From Acidimicrobiales bacterium (GTDB taxonomy: Bacteria > Actinomycetota > Acidimicrobiia > Acidimicrobiales > JAHWKP01), in assembly GCA_035526705.1 (NCBI GenBank), contig DATLBX010000150.1:3729-67728 (forward strand): a stretch of DNA of 64,000 nt, written 5' to 3'. The notes beneath the pieces were generated by a model, which saw nothing but the letters and a program-made list of their open reading frames with translations, made no database searches and was not told where the DNA came from. Made by a program: the position numbers and the translations under genes. Positions 36,904 through 45,927 of the stretch are shown here, in pieces. How positions within the stretch are numbered: position 1 is the first letter of the stretch; each line of letters starts with the position of its first letter.

Positions 36904-37130
36904 TCGATTACCTCCTCCCACAGCAACACCGGCGAGCTCACACCGCGCGAGCTCGTACTACCCGGACCCAGCCGACCGGCGCTCGGGAAAGACTCCATCA
37001 CTCCCCGCGAGCTGTCCTCAGCATACGGCACCTATCGCCCATATGCGCCGCCGCGCCCAGCCTGGGCGGGCTCGATCCGCCGGTAATCGGTCACAGCGGC
37101 ATACCTTGGGCGCCAGGAGGTGGTGCGGGC

Positions 37131-39383
37131 GTGCCCATGCTGGTCGCTTTCGTGGTGGCCGTGGCTCTGGTGCCCCTCGGCGGCGGACGCCTCGCTGCCT
37201 TGGCCGAGGTGCGGATGCGGCGCTGGTGGCTGCTCGCCGTCGGCCTGGGTCTCCAGGTCCTCGCGCTGTCGGGGATCACCGCCAATGTCGGCGCAGCGCT
37301 GCACGGACTGAGCTATGTCGTCGGCGGCGTATACCTCCTCTCGAACCTTCAGTTGCCGGGAATGCTGTGGGTGGCGACAGGGGGGGCCCTGAACCTCGCG
37401 GGGATCGCAGCGAACGGCGGCACTCTGCCGGCGAGCCGCGCCGCGCTGGACCTCGCGGGCTTGACCCCCGACACGGGGTCTCACTTTGCGAATTCGGGTT
37501 TGGTGTCCGGGGCCCGCCTGCCCTTCCTGGGTGACATTTTCGCCATCCCGGACTGGCTACCCCTGGCGAATGTCTTTTCCGTCGGGGACATCGTGATCGC
37601 ATGCGGCATCTACATCGCGTTGCACCGCCTGACCGGGTCCAGGCTGGTTCCGCCGGCCGTCGGGATGGCGTCGGCCTTGATCAGGCGACCGCGGGCGCGC
37701 GCTTTGTGGACCGCGCAGTGCCTGGCTTGGGGCGCGAGCTGGACGTTCGCCGCCGCGGTGATCGTTCTCACCGTGGGCCGTCCTGGCGCGCTGGCGTCGA
37801 CGGTCACTCTTGGCCTCTGCGGCTGTGGCGCGGCATTGCTACTCGGCGGGCCATTGGTCGACCGGTTCAACCCGCCCGCCTTGCTGGCGTGCTGCGCGTT
37901 TGGTCAGGCCTGCGCCGCCGGGATCATGCTCATCGCGCCTCGGCCTGCGCTGCTCGGAGCAGCGGCGGTATCGACAGGATTCCTTGCCGGCCTGGCGCGA
38001 CCCGCCGCGCTCGTCCTCCTGGCCGACGCGGCCGGGGGCGCAGGTCGCACGATCGCCGCGGTTGGGGTGCTCGAGGCCACTCTCGTCGGCGTGGGCCTGG
38101 TCATGGCGGGCTGGCCGGTTGCGGACCTCCTCGCCGCGGGCGCCCGCCCCGTGTTCGGATTGGCGGCGCTGTTGTGGGGTATTGCGGCACTGGCCTGGAG
38201 CGTGATGCCCGCAACGCGGCGGGCCGCTCCCTCCCGAGCCACGCTCTGGCGCGACCTGCTCCAAGCGGTTCGCTCCGTCGAGGACACGCCCGTCCTGGCC
38301 CGTATCGCTCTGCTCATGGCGGCCCTCGGAGGCGGCGTCGGCCTGGCGGCGGCGGACCCGTTCGTGGCTCTGGGACTGGCTTGGCGTCGTGCGACTCCCC
38401 TGGGACTCTCGGCGGGGTGCCTCGCAGTCGGCGCGGGACTCGGCGCGCTAGTCGCCACGTCGCTGACGCGGCGAAAGGCTGGTTCGTTGGGCCCGGCGAT
38501 GGTCGTCGGGGGTGTTGGGCTGTTCCTCGGCGCCGCCGGGTCCACCGCGATGTGGGCGCTGGCGGGATGGGTCCTGGGGGGACTGGGCGTCGGCGTCGCG
38601 TCAGTCGTGCTCGTTTCTCTCGCCCTGTCCTTGTCGCCCGAGCCGCTTCAGGGGAGGGTTCTCTCGCTGGGCTTCGCCTCGGTGCTAGTCGGCCTGGGCA
38701 CCGGATACACGATCGGGGGCTCGCTCGCCGAAGCCGGAGGTCCGGTTGCCGCCGCGGCGGGTGCGGGGGTGGTGATGGTCGCAGCGGGCGCGACCGCAGC
38801 CGCCATGGCCCGCAGCGGCTCAGTATCCGAGAGCGGGATCGACCAGTCCGATCAACTGATCCCCGGCGGCGAACCGGCGCAGGTTCTGCTCGAAAAGAGC
38901 GAGGAGGCGCCGGTTCGACTCGCCCACTACGGGGTTGGCGACGTGCGGCGTGATGAGGCAGTTCTCGAGCTCCCAGAGGGGGTGGTCGTCGGGCAGCGGC
39001 TCTGGGTCGGTGACGTCGAGACCGGCGGCGGCGATCTCCCCGTTTCGGAGGGCGGCAACGAGGTCATCGGTGACCACGTGCGCGCCGCGAGCGACGTTCA
39101 CCAGATAGCAGCGGGGTCCCATGACGAGCATCTCGGCCCGACCGACCATCCCCCGGGTCTCGGGAGTGAGCGCCAGGGCGACGACAACCAGATCGGAACC
39201 GTCGAGGGCCTCGTGGAGCCGCTCGCTCCCGAGGGTCCGTGTCGCACCTGCCAGTGGCTGGGGATTTCGGCGGACGATTGTTGTCTCCACGGAGAAGGGG
39301 TGGAGCTGTTCGATCAGAGCGGACGCGATCCCGCCGCCACCGAGGATGGCGACCCGCGCGCCGTAGAGGCTGCTCCCTACTAA
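37131..39383 (+). CDS. DUF5317-like membrane domain fused to an MFS-type transporter; 3' end anomalous
   Basis: AGGAGG sits 10 nt before GTG 37131. The first ~170 aa resemble DUF5317 (GGRLAALAEVRMRRWWLL...NLAGIAANGGTLPAS...LPFLGDIFAIP...NVFSVGDIVIACG). Then come about 12 hydrophobic helices up to ~38805. The frame stays open to 39383, antisense to the dehydrogenase gene. Confidence 0.6.
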   Translation: MPMLVAFVVAVALVPLGGGRLAALAEVRMRRWWLLAVGLGLQVLALSGITANVGAALHGLSYVVGGVYLLSNLQLPGMLWVATGGALNLAGIAANGGTLPASRAALDLAGLTPDTGSHFANSGLVSGARLPFLGDIFAIPDWLPLANVFSVGDIVIACGIYIALHRLTGSRLVPPAVGMASALIRRPRARALWTAQCLAWGASWTFAAAVIVLTVGRPGALASTVTLGLCGCGAALLLGGPLVDRFNPPALLACCAFGQACAAGIMLIAPRPALLGAAAVSTGFLAGLARPAALVLLADAAGGAGRTIAAVGVLEATLVGVGLVMAGWPVADLLAAGARPVFGLAALLWGIAALAWSVMPATRRAAPSRATLWRDLLQAVRSVEDTPVLARIALLMAALGGGVGLAAADPFVALGLAWRRATPLGLSAGCLAVGAGLGALVATSLTRRKAGSLGPAMVVGGVGLFLGAAGSTAMWALAGWVLGGLGVGVASVVLVSLALSLSPEPLQGRVLSLGFASVLVGLGTGYTIGGSLAEAGGPVAAAAGAGVVMVAAGATAAAMARSGSVSESGIDQSDQLIPGGEPAQVLLEKSEEAPVRLAHYGVGDVRRDEAVLELPEGVVVGQRLWVGDVETGGGDLPVSEGGNEVIGDHVRAASDVHQIAAGSHDEHLGPTDHPPGLGSERQGDDNQIGTVEGLVEPLAPEGPCRTCQWLGISADDCCLHGEGVELFDQSGRDPAATEDGDPRAVEAAPY

Positions 39384-39758
39384 CCCGCCCACCGCCGGCT
39401 GCCACGTCCGGGCCTGCGCCCGTGTCTTCAGAGACCTCATGAGGGCCAGCGACAAGGCCAGCGCGTGCTCGGCGACTTCGTCCCCGTAGATGCGCTTGGC
39501 GCAGGTCCAGGTACGGCCGGGATCCAGGACACCGGCCGCGGCGTAGTGCTCCACCCCCGCCCACGGAAGCTGTATCCAGCGGATCTGAGAATTCGCGGCC
39601 AGGGTGGCTGCCAGCGCGTCCGAGTCGCGCCAGTCGAGCCAGAGCAAGGCGTCGGCGGCCTCGGCGGGGCTGACCACTCCGCCGGCGTTCTCGATGGCCA
39701 CCAGGGCAGCAGGCGGGGGCGGGCCTGGAGCGACGGCTATCCGGGGGGCGGGCGGCAT
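38820..39758 (-). CDS. D-isomer-specific 2-hydroxyacid dehydrogenase family protein
   Basis: NAD-binding VAILGGGGIASALIEQL, catalytic region NVARGAHVVTDDLVAAL...AAGLDVTDPEPLP...ITPHVA. Start placed at ATG 39758 to avoid overlapping rpsT. Confidence 0.85.
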   Translation of the reverse strand: MPPAPRIAVAPGPPPPAALVAIENAGGVVSPAEAADALLWLDWRDSDALAATLAANSQIRWIQLPWAGVEHYAAAGVLDPGRTWTCAKRIYGDEVAEHALALSLALMRSLKTRAQARTWQPAVGGLVGSSLYGARVAILGGGGIASALIEQLHPFSVETTIVRRNPQPLAGATRTLGSERLHEALDGSDLVVVALALTPETRGMVGRAEMLVMGPRCYLVNVARGAHVVTDDLVAALRNGEIAAAGLDVTDPEPLPDDHPLWELENCLITPHVANPVVGESNRRLLALFEQNLRRFAAGDQLIGLVDPALGY

Positions 39759-39777
39759 CCGGTAGTGTTTACGCCCC

Positions 39778-40047
39778 GTGGCGAACATTAAGAGTCAGAT
39801 CAAGAGGAACCGCCAGAACGAGCAGAAGCGCCTCGCCAACAAGGCGGTGCGCTCCGAGCTGCGTACTCGCGTGAAGAACGCGGTGAGCGTTGCGGAAACC
39901 GGCGACGACGCGGCGAAGACCGAGGAAGCGCTGCGCGAGGCCGTCCGTAAGATCGATCGCGCTGCCGCCAAGGGCGTCATTCACAAGAACCAGGCGGCGA
40001 ACCGCAAGTCGCGCCTGATGAAGCGGGTCCAGAAGACCCCCAGCTGA
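39778..40047 (+). CDS. rpsT: 30S ribosomal protein S20
   Basis: [32 protein letters not shown]; GTG start. Confidence 0.93.
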   Translation: MANIKSQIKRNRQNEQKRLANKAVRSELRTRVKNAVSVAETGDDAAKTEEALREAVRKIDRAAAKGVIHKNQAANRKSRLMKRVQKTPS

Positions 40048-40058
40048 ACGCCCCCGAA

Positions 40059-40077
40059 CTCAGCCCAGGCGGCTGAG
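40059..40077. terminator. Hairpin between convergent rpsT and holA (possible bidirectional terminator)
   Basis: CTCAGCC-CAGGC-GGCTGAG: 7-bp stem, no U-tract; overlaps the holA stop codon. Confidence 0.25.
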
Positions 40078-41019
40078 TCGGGCTACGAGTACTTCCAGCA
40101 CCAGCACCGAAGGCCACTCGCTCGTGCCCCTCAGGTCCAGATCGGCTTGCGCGACCAGGCGCACCGCCCGGGAGATCGCGTCCGACCCGAGCTTGCGGCT
40201 TTGAGCAAGGGCCTTGCGCGCCGGAAACGGCGCGGTTCCGATCAGGGCGGCGGCCTCGGCGTCTGACCGAGCCCCCGCCCCGTCGAGCCGCACCAGAGCC
40301 AGCACATGGCGGCTGAGGGTGCTCAGCACCGCCATCGGATGCCGTTGGCCCCCGTCGAGCATCCGGTGCAGTGCACCCACCGCACCGGCGGTATCGCCCC
40401 GATCGATGGCGTCAGTCAGATCCCAGGGCGCGACCCCTCCAGCCTCACCGAGGAACGGGTCCAGCTCGTCCTCGCCGATCGTCGCGCCTTCGCCGTAAGC
40501 CGCGGCGAGACCCGCGAGCAGTGTCTCGAGCCGGCCCAGGTCCTCGCCCAGGTGGGCGACCAGCTTTCGCGTCGCGCCGGGCACCAGCCGCACCGGGCCG
40601 GCCGCGATCTGATCGGCGATCCACTGAGTCTTTTCCTTCGACTTCTGCGGCACCGCCGTCTCGAGGATGTGGCCGCGTTTGCGGACGGCGTCGAGAAGCC
40701 GCCGGTTGGTCTGCCCCCCGCCCGCGATGAGGACCAGCACCGAACCCTCGCTCGGCTCGCCGAGATACTCGAGCAACGGCTCTACCGCGGCTGCGTCGAA
40801 CCGGCCCGCTTCCCTCACGACCACGACACGGCGGTCGCCGAGGAGCGAGGGAGTGCTCAGGGCTTCCAGCGCGACCGCGAGGTCGGCTTCCGGCGGAAGG
40901 TGTTCGATTCCCAAGGGATCGTTTCCTGCCAGCTCGTTGAGCAACGACGAAAGGCCCTGGCTGAGAAGCGAGGGGTCCTCCCCCCTGACCAGATAGACGG
41001 GGAAGAAGGCTGGCGCCAC
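40060..41019 (-). CDS. holA: DNA polymerase III subunit delta
   Basis: N-terminus PVYLVRGEDPSLL, a ...RRVVVVREAG... pattern, length 319 aa, and the conserved rpsT/holA/comEC neighbourhood. Confidence 0.75.
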   Translation of the reverse strand: MAPAFFPVYLVRGEDPSLLSQGLSSLLNELAGNDPLGIEHLPPEADLAVALEALSTPSLLGDRRVVVVREAGRFDAAAVEPLLEYLGEPSEGSVLVLIAGGGQTNRRLLDAVRKRGHILETAVPQKSKEKTQWIADQIAAGPVRLVPGATRKLVAHLGEDLGRLETLLAGLAAAYGEGATIGEDELDPFLGEAGGVAPWDLTDAIDRGDTAGAVGALHRMLDGGQRHPMAVLSTLSRHVLALVRLDGAGARSDAEAAALIGTAPFPARKALAQSRKLGSDAISRAVRLVAQADLDLRGTSEWPSVLVLEVLVARLSRLG

Positions 41020-41039
41020 AGTGCTTTCCTACTCGCCGA

Positions 41040-41870
41040 TCACGCCGCCGCCAAGAGCGCGGCCATGGTGTCGACTACACGTCGAGTGCCCGCCACATCG
41101 TGCGTGCGGACGATGCGACAGCCCTCGGCGACTCCCACCGCCGTAGCTGCGGCCGAGGCCAGCCGTCGCTCGCCGACCTCCAGATCCAGCAGGCGGCCGA
41201 GAAACGTCTTGTTCGACGCGGAAAGCAGCAGAGGGAAGCCAACTGCCGCAAGCTCCGCAGAGCACTGAAGCAACACCAGCGACTGCTGCCATGTCTTGCC
41301 GAGGTCCAGCCCGGCATCGATCACGATCCGATCGCGCGGGATGCCCGCGGCGACTGCAAGGCGCGCCAGCTCGGTCAGGCGGTCGCGCACCACCGTGGTG
41401 ACGTCGTCGTACGCCGGGTTCGGGTCCGCGACCCGGGGCGCCAGGCGGATGTGCGTGGCGACGACGCCGGCGTCTGCACGCACCGCGACCGCCAAATAGT
41501 CCGGATCGGCGAACCCGGAGATGTCGTTTCCCAGCACCGCGCCCGCCGCGTACGCGGCAGCGGCCACCGATGCCCGCCATGTGTCGACCGAGACCGGGAG
41601 ATCGAAGCGCTGGGTCAGCGCTTCGACCCCGGGGACGACCCGCTCGAGCTCCTCCTCCTCCGTCACCTCCGGACCCGGTCCCGCCTTCACTCCACCGACG
41701 TCGAGGAGATCTGCGCCCGCGTCGACGTGCTGCGCCGCGAGGTCTACGAACCTGTCCATGGCAAAGAACGCGCCCGCGTCGAAGAACGAATCCGGCGTTC
41801 GGTTGAGAATGCCCATCACGAGCGCTCTATGGGTGAGGTCGTAGGACCGGTCGCCGAGTTGCAGCCTCAC
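41040..41870 (-). CDS. folP: Dihydropteroate synthase
   Basis: ALVMGILNRTPDSFFDAG, DLLDVGGVK and the C-terminal RTHDV motif. Confidence 0.88.
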   Translation of the reverse strand: MRLQLGDRSYDLTHRALVMGILNRTPDSFFDAGAFFAMDRFVDLAAQHVDAGADLLDVGGVKAGPGPEVTEEEELERVVPGVEALTQRFDLPVSVDTWRASVAAAAYAAGAVLGNDISGFADPDYLAVAVRADAGVVATHIRLAPRVADPNPAYDDVTTVVRDRLTELARLAVAAGIPRDRIVIDAGLDLGKTWQQSLVLLQCSAELAAVGFPLLLSASNKTFLGRLLDLEVGERRLASAAATAVGVAEGCRIVRTHDVAGTRRVVDTMAALLAAA

Positions 41871-43221
41871 GCCTCGAAACTAAGCGGCGCGAGACGGCCG
41901 CCATCGCGGCCGCCCCCGCCCCGAGGAGCGCGGCTCGCGGCCCCAGCGCCGGCAGGTCGAGCCCGGATCCCCAGCGCGCCACGCCGTCTATCCAAGTGAG
42001 CATGAGGCCGGTGGGCCGATGGAGCAGGGTCGCCAGCCTCCCTCCGAGAACCCCCGCAGGAATGCCGGCGACCATGCCCCACATCATCAACGGCCCCGCG
42101 ACCGGCACCGCGAGGAGATTCGCAGGGACCGATGCGAGCGGGATGGATCCGAACACCACCAACAAGGTCGGGGCGACCCCCACCTGCGCACCAACGGTGG
42201 CGGACAGCACGTCGACGAGCGGCCGCGGCCCCCGGAGCCGTTCGGCAACCCACGGCGCCACCACGGCGAGACCCACCGACGCGCTGACAGACAGCAGGAA
42301 CGACACCGATCCCACGAGCAAGGGGTCGACCAGGAGAATCACCACGACGGCCCCGGCCACCAGTTGCAGCCGATCCGCGGGGCGAGCGAAGGTCCGCGCC
42401 GAAACCCCGAGGCCCGCCATCACAATCGCTCTCACGACCGACGGCTCCCAGCGGACGACGGTGCCGAAGAACACCAACACGACCGCGGTGGCCGCGAGCC
42501 GAGCTCCGTTGGCGCCGCGCGCCACGAGCGGCGCGGCCAGCAGCAGCGCGAACGCGACGTTCTGGCCCGACACAACCAACAAATGACTGAGCCCGGCGTC
42601 CCGAAAGCGCTCGACCGTCTCGTCGTTCTGGCCTCGGTCGTCGCCCAACACAAAGCCGGCGAAGAGCCCACGTTCCCGCTCGGGCATCGCGGTCGCGCCA
42701 CGTTCGATGGTGCGCCGCAACCCGTTGGCGAGCCGGGACAAGGGAGCCCCCGTCCACGGCGGTCCCGCCGCTTCCAGCTGCAGCCTCGCGACGATGTGTC
42801 GCCGCCGTAGATGCGGGGCGATCCGACCGCGGAGCGGCGAGGGCGTGCCTCGGACCTCGAGCACCTCACCCGCCAGGGCACGATGGAGCGAGCCCGCAGC
42901 CGCGCCGCGGGCCCACGTGTCGTAATGGCGGCCGCCGACTCGCAACTCGGCGTGGACGGCGCCGTGCCGGTCGTCGGGATCGGTCACCACGGTCGCAACG
43001 CCCGCCACCTCGGCCGGAACGGCCGCTTGGAGCCCATCCCAGGATCGGGCCGCCAGGGAGGAAGCGGCCACGGCCGCCACGGCGCACCAGAGCCAAGGGT
43101 GGCGAAGCCGCGAAGCGACCAGGGCGAGCGCGGCGGCGACGGAGAGCGGCACCGGGTGCGCCACCCAGGCGCCGAGCGCGGTGAGGAGTGCCAGCGCGGG
43201 GAGAAACCTGCGTTGACTCAA
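41827..43221 (-). CDS. comEC: ComEC/Rec2 family DNA internalisation channel (no metallo-beta-lactamase domain)
   Basis: Polytopic membrane protein with LFAGFVLGDDRGQ...AGLSHLLVVSGQNVAF. TTG start overlaps the comEA stop (TTGA). Confidence 0.8.
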   Translation of the reverse strand: MSQRRFLPALALLTALGAWVAHPVPLSVAAALALVASRLRHPWLWCAVAAVAASSLAARSWDGLQAAVPAEVAGVATVVTDPDDRHGAVHAELRVGGRHYDTWARGAAAGSLHRALAGEVLEVRGTPSPLRGRIAPHLRRRHIVARLQLEAAGPPWTGAPLSRLANGLRRTIERGATAMPERERGLFAGFVLGDDRGQNDETVERFRDAGLSHLLVVSGQNVAFALLLAAPLVARGANGARLAATAVVLVFFGTVVRWEPSVVRAIVMAGLGVSARTFARPADRLQLVAGAVVVILLVDPLLVGSVSFLLSVSASVGLAVVAPWVAERLRGPRPLVDVLSATVGAQVGVAPTLLVVFGSIPLASVPANLLAVPVAGPLMMWGMVAGIPAGVLGGRLATLLHRPTGLMLTWIDGVARWGSGLDLPALGPRAALLGAGAAAMAAVSRRLVSRREAATRRPVLRPHP

Positions 43222-43862
43222 ACCTTCACCAAAGGCCGCAGCTGCTCGAGCTTGGCTTCCCCGATGCCGCGGACTTCAAGAAGCTCGGTCACGGAGCGGA
43301 ACCGGCCGCGGGTCTCGCGGTGACGGATGATCGCCTCCGCTGTAGCGGGGCCGACTCCCGGCAGTTTGTCGAGTTCCTCCGCAGTGGCGGTGTTCAGATC
43401 GACCTTCGTCGAAGCGCCTGGAATGGCGTTCGAACCCGACGACATCGTCGCGGTCTCCCCCCGGCGCGGCACCAGAATGCGCTCTCCGTCCGCCAGCGGC
43501 GCCGCGAGGTTCAGCTGGTCTAGATCGGCATCAGAGGTTGCTCCGCCTGCCGCGCTCAGGAGATCAGAGACTCTGGAGCCACCGGGCATGCGGTAAACGC
43601 CGGGAGTCGTCACCGCGCCGGCGGCGTGGACCGTGACCTCCTGATCGCCCGTCACCGGCGCGGACGATTCCGCCGCCGGGGCCGCCCTCGGGAGGGTCAG
43701 TTCGGCGGGCAGCGATGAGGGCCGAAGGGCAAACCAGCCGAGCCCGCTGGCGAGAACCAGCGCCACGAGTAAGGCGAAGCCCGGCCGTTCGAGCGGTAAG
43801 CCTTCGGCAAACACGGAGAGTCGTTCGCGCCAGCCCGGGCGCGGTGAAGCGGGCCTTTCCAA
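43218..43862 (-). CDS. comEA: ComEA family DNA-binding protein
   Basis: N-terminal TM segment. C-terminal tandem helix-hairpin-helix DLNTATAEELDKLPGVGPATAEAII...LLEVRGIGEAKLEQL. Confidence 0.85.
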   Translation of the reverse strand: MERPASPRPGWRERLSVFAEGLPLERPGFALLVALVLASGLGWFALRPSSLPAELTLPRAAPAAESSAPVTGDQEVTVHAAGAVTTPGVYRMPGGSRVSDLLSAAGGATSDADLDQLNLAAPLADGERILVPRRGETATMSSGSNAIPGASTKVDLNTATAEELDKLPGVGPATAEAIIRHRETRGRFRSVTELLEVRGIGEAKLEQLRPLVKV

Positions 43863-43981
43863 TGGGATCCCCCTGCGCTATTCGCTTGAAAGGGGGAAGA
43901 AGCTGACTCTACCCAGCGAGCATCCCCGTGAGAAGGGCCGCAACGGGGGCAACGGGGCTTCGGGCCTCCTCCGCCAGGACC

Positions 43982-44689
43982 TCAGAAGAGGCGCGCCGTC
44001 AGCTTTTTCCGGTATTCCGCGGTGCGGGGATCGCCCGGGCCCATCAGTTCGAGCCGGTCGAGGAATTCTTGGCGTGCCGTGTCGTCTTCCTTGACCCGTT
44101 GGAGGAGTGCGTCGAGGGCCGCAGTGTGACCATCGTCCTCCGGAGCGGCGCCGCCCACACGAGCCAGCGCCGCAATCCGGCGTGTCTCCGCGGTCTCCGG
44201 GATCCGGGCGATGAGGCGCAGAGCCTCTTCCCGGCCGTCGTCGCCACGTGCTACGAGGATCTCGGACAACGCGTTGATGGCCTCGACGTGGTCCGGGTCC
44301 TGGGTCAGCGCGGCGCGGAGCGACTCCTCGTCCCCATTGGCGACGAGGCGGTCGGCTTCAGTGATGGGCGGGACCAATCGGTCGACGAAGGCCCGCACTT
44401 GTTGCTCCGGCACGGCTCCCATGAAGTGGTCGACTACCTGACGGTTTCGAAGGGCGTACACCGCCGGGATCGACTGGACGCGGAAGGCGGCCGATATCTC
44501 CGGATTGGCGTCCACGTCCACCTTCGCGAGGTCCACTCGCCCGTCGGACTCGGCGACGACCTTCTCCAAAATCGGCCCGAGCGTGCGGCAAGGCCCGCAC
44601 CACTCCGCCCAGAGGTCGACTATGACCGGGACCTGCGTCGAACGTTCGAGTACCGCGGTCTCGAAGGTCGCGTCCGTTACCTCGGCCAT
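43982..44689 (-). CDS. Thioredoxin-domain protein with TPR-like C-terminal domain (YbbN/CnoX-like)
   Basis: VIVDLWAEWCGPCRTLGP thioredoxin motif plus a helical-repeat C-terminus. Confidence 0.8.
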   Translation of the reverse strand: MAEVTDATFETAVLERSTQVPVIVDLWAEWCGPCRTLGPILEKVVAESDGRVDLAKVDVDANPEISAAFRVQSIPAVYALRNRQVVDHFMGAVPEQQVRAFVDRLVPPITEADRLVANGDEESLRAALTQDPDHVEAINALSEILVARGDDGREEALRLIARIPETAETRRIAALARVGGAAPEDDGHTAALDALLQRVKEDDTARQEFLDRLELMGPGDPRTAEYRKKLTARLF

Positions 44690-44701
44690 CGGAGCTATCG
44701 A

Positions 44702-44926
44702 CTACTCCCCTATAGGCCCGTAGGGCTCTCCCGCTTCGGGGTAACACTCGTCATGAAAGTGCTCGACGCGGTCCCAACTGCCCTTGACATACACGTTGGC
44801 GATGATCTGCTTCTTTTGGGCTCGCGCCACGAACTTGACGGGTGCCCCACAGTGGGCGCACATCGCGCTGTTGCCGGGCTCCACGGAACGTAGGACGGCC
44901 CGACTGGTCTGCTGCTCCTTCGCCAT
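44702..44926 (-). CDS. Small Cys/His-containing conserved hypothetical protein (74 aa)
   Basis: The track ORF is trimmed to ATG 44926 (MAKEQQTSRAV...); the upstream extension is an Arg/Gly shadow. Contains CAHCG...HFHDEC, a possible zinc site. Confidence 0.5.
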   Translation of the reverse strand: MAKEQQTSRAVLRSVEPGNSAMCAHCGAPVKFVARAQKKQIIANVYVKGSWDRVEHFHDECYPEAGEPYGPIGE

Positions 44927-44937
44927 GCCGGGCGAGC

Positions 44938-45927
44938 CTAAGCACTCTGCTCGCCGGACTTCGCATTTCCGACCTGCAGCGGAGCCAAAGCGGCTTCCGC
45001 CTCCGCCACAAACCGGTGAACCAGTTCGCCGGCCGGGACGAGGTCGGTGATGGCGCCCGTGCCCTGACCGGCGGGGTAGCACTCCCGCTCCGCATCGATA
45101 CCGGCGGTGGACTCGTCTCCACCGAGATGGAACGCGCCGTCAGAAGTCGACCGCAGGACCTGCGCCGGGAAGGGCTGCAGCTTGTCCGGGTTCTTCTCGA
45201 ATTCGTCGGTGTACGCGTTCCGCACGGCGCGCAGCGTCTTGCCGGTGTAGGCCCGAGTCACCACGGTGCCGTCCTCCCCCGTCGCGATCAGTCGTTCCTT
45301 GTAGCCAGGCACCGCTCGCGCCTCCGGGGTGGCGATGAACCGGGTCCCGACCCAGACGCCCACTGCCCCCAGGCACAGCGCAGCGGCCAAGCCGCGACCG
45401 TCGAAGATCCCCCCGGCCGCGACGACGGGAACGCGGTCCCCCACGGCGTCGACGATCTGAGGGACGAGCGGGAGGGTCGCCACCTGTCCGGTGTGGCCAC
45501 CCGCCTCGGTCCCCTGAGCGACGACCAGATCGCAGCCCGCGTCAACCGCCCGTAGAGCGTGGGTGACCTTGCCGCACATGCTGACGACAAGCACCTCATT
45601 GTCGTGACAAAGGCGGACGACTTCGGTTGGTACCCCGAGCCCCGCGACGAACACCGACGCGCCCTCGTCGATGAGCGCCTGAACGCGGGCCGTCATGTCA
45701 CCCGGCATCGCGGTCAGAAGATCCACGCCGAAGGGCCGATCCGTGATCTCGCGGACGGCGCGCATCTCCTGGATCATCTGGTCGTGCGACATGGTCGAGG
45801 CTCCCAGGCACCCGAAACCACCGGCTGCGGAGACCGCGGCGACCAGCTGGGAGTACGAAACGCCCCCCATCCCCGCCAGCATCACGGGGTGCTCGATTCC
45901 GAGCATGTCGGTCAGAGGGGTGCGCAT
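44938..45927 (-). CDS. Nitronate monooxygenase (NMO/FabK-like FMN oxidoreductase)
   Basis: LGIEHPVMLAGMGGVSYSQLVAAVSAAGGFGCLG and VVAQGTEAGGHTG. Start moved to ATG 45927. Confidence 0.85.
   Translation of the reverse strand: MRTPLTDMLGIEHPVMLAGMGGVSYSQLVAAVSAAGGFGCLGASTMSHDQMIQEMRAVREITDRPFGVDLLTAMPGDMTARVQALIDEGASVFVAGLGVPTEVVRLCHDNEVLVVSMCGKVTHALRAVDAGCDLVVAQGTEAGGHTGQVATLPLVPQIVDAVGDRVPVVAAGGIFDGRGLAAALCLGAVGVWVGTRFIATPEARAVPGYKERLIATGEDGTVVTRAYTGKTLRAVRNAYTDEFEKNPDKLQPFPAQVLRSTSDGAFHLGGDESTAGIDAERECYPAGQGTGAITDLVPAGELVHRFVAEAEAALAPLQVGNAKSGEQSA

Noticed and set aside
36815-37130. Upstream extensions of the DUF5317/MFS ORF (track starts 36815 and 36894)
   Set aside because: The Arg/Pro/Ala-rich sequence precedes a strong AGGAGG at 37115-37120 and an in-frame GTG at 37131, where the hydrophobic protein begins. 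The 36808-36903 stretch is better explained by the small minus-strand ORF.
36712-37130. Search for BldD-box-like palindromes (TNAC-N5-GTNA) between the GGDEF-EAL gene and the DUF5317/MFS gene
   Set aside because: No convincing match was found by eye. Candidates such as TCAC-ACCGC-GCGA fail the second half-site.
41827-41870. 44-nt overlap between the comEC 3' end and the folP 5' end, considered as a possible frameshift or fusion
   Set aside because: Both frames are intact with normal termini. The folP N-terminus up to MGILNRTPDSF has a typical length. A same-strand overlap of this size is plausible in compact operons, or the folP start may lie slightly downstream.
43863-43981. Hairpin TCCCCCT...AGGGGGA and surrounding intergenic sequence, considered as a terminator or small RNA
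   Set aside because: The loop is about 15 nt, there is no U-tract and no flanking promoter-like elements, so the evidence is insufficient.
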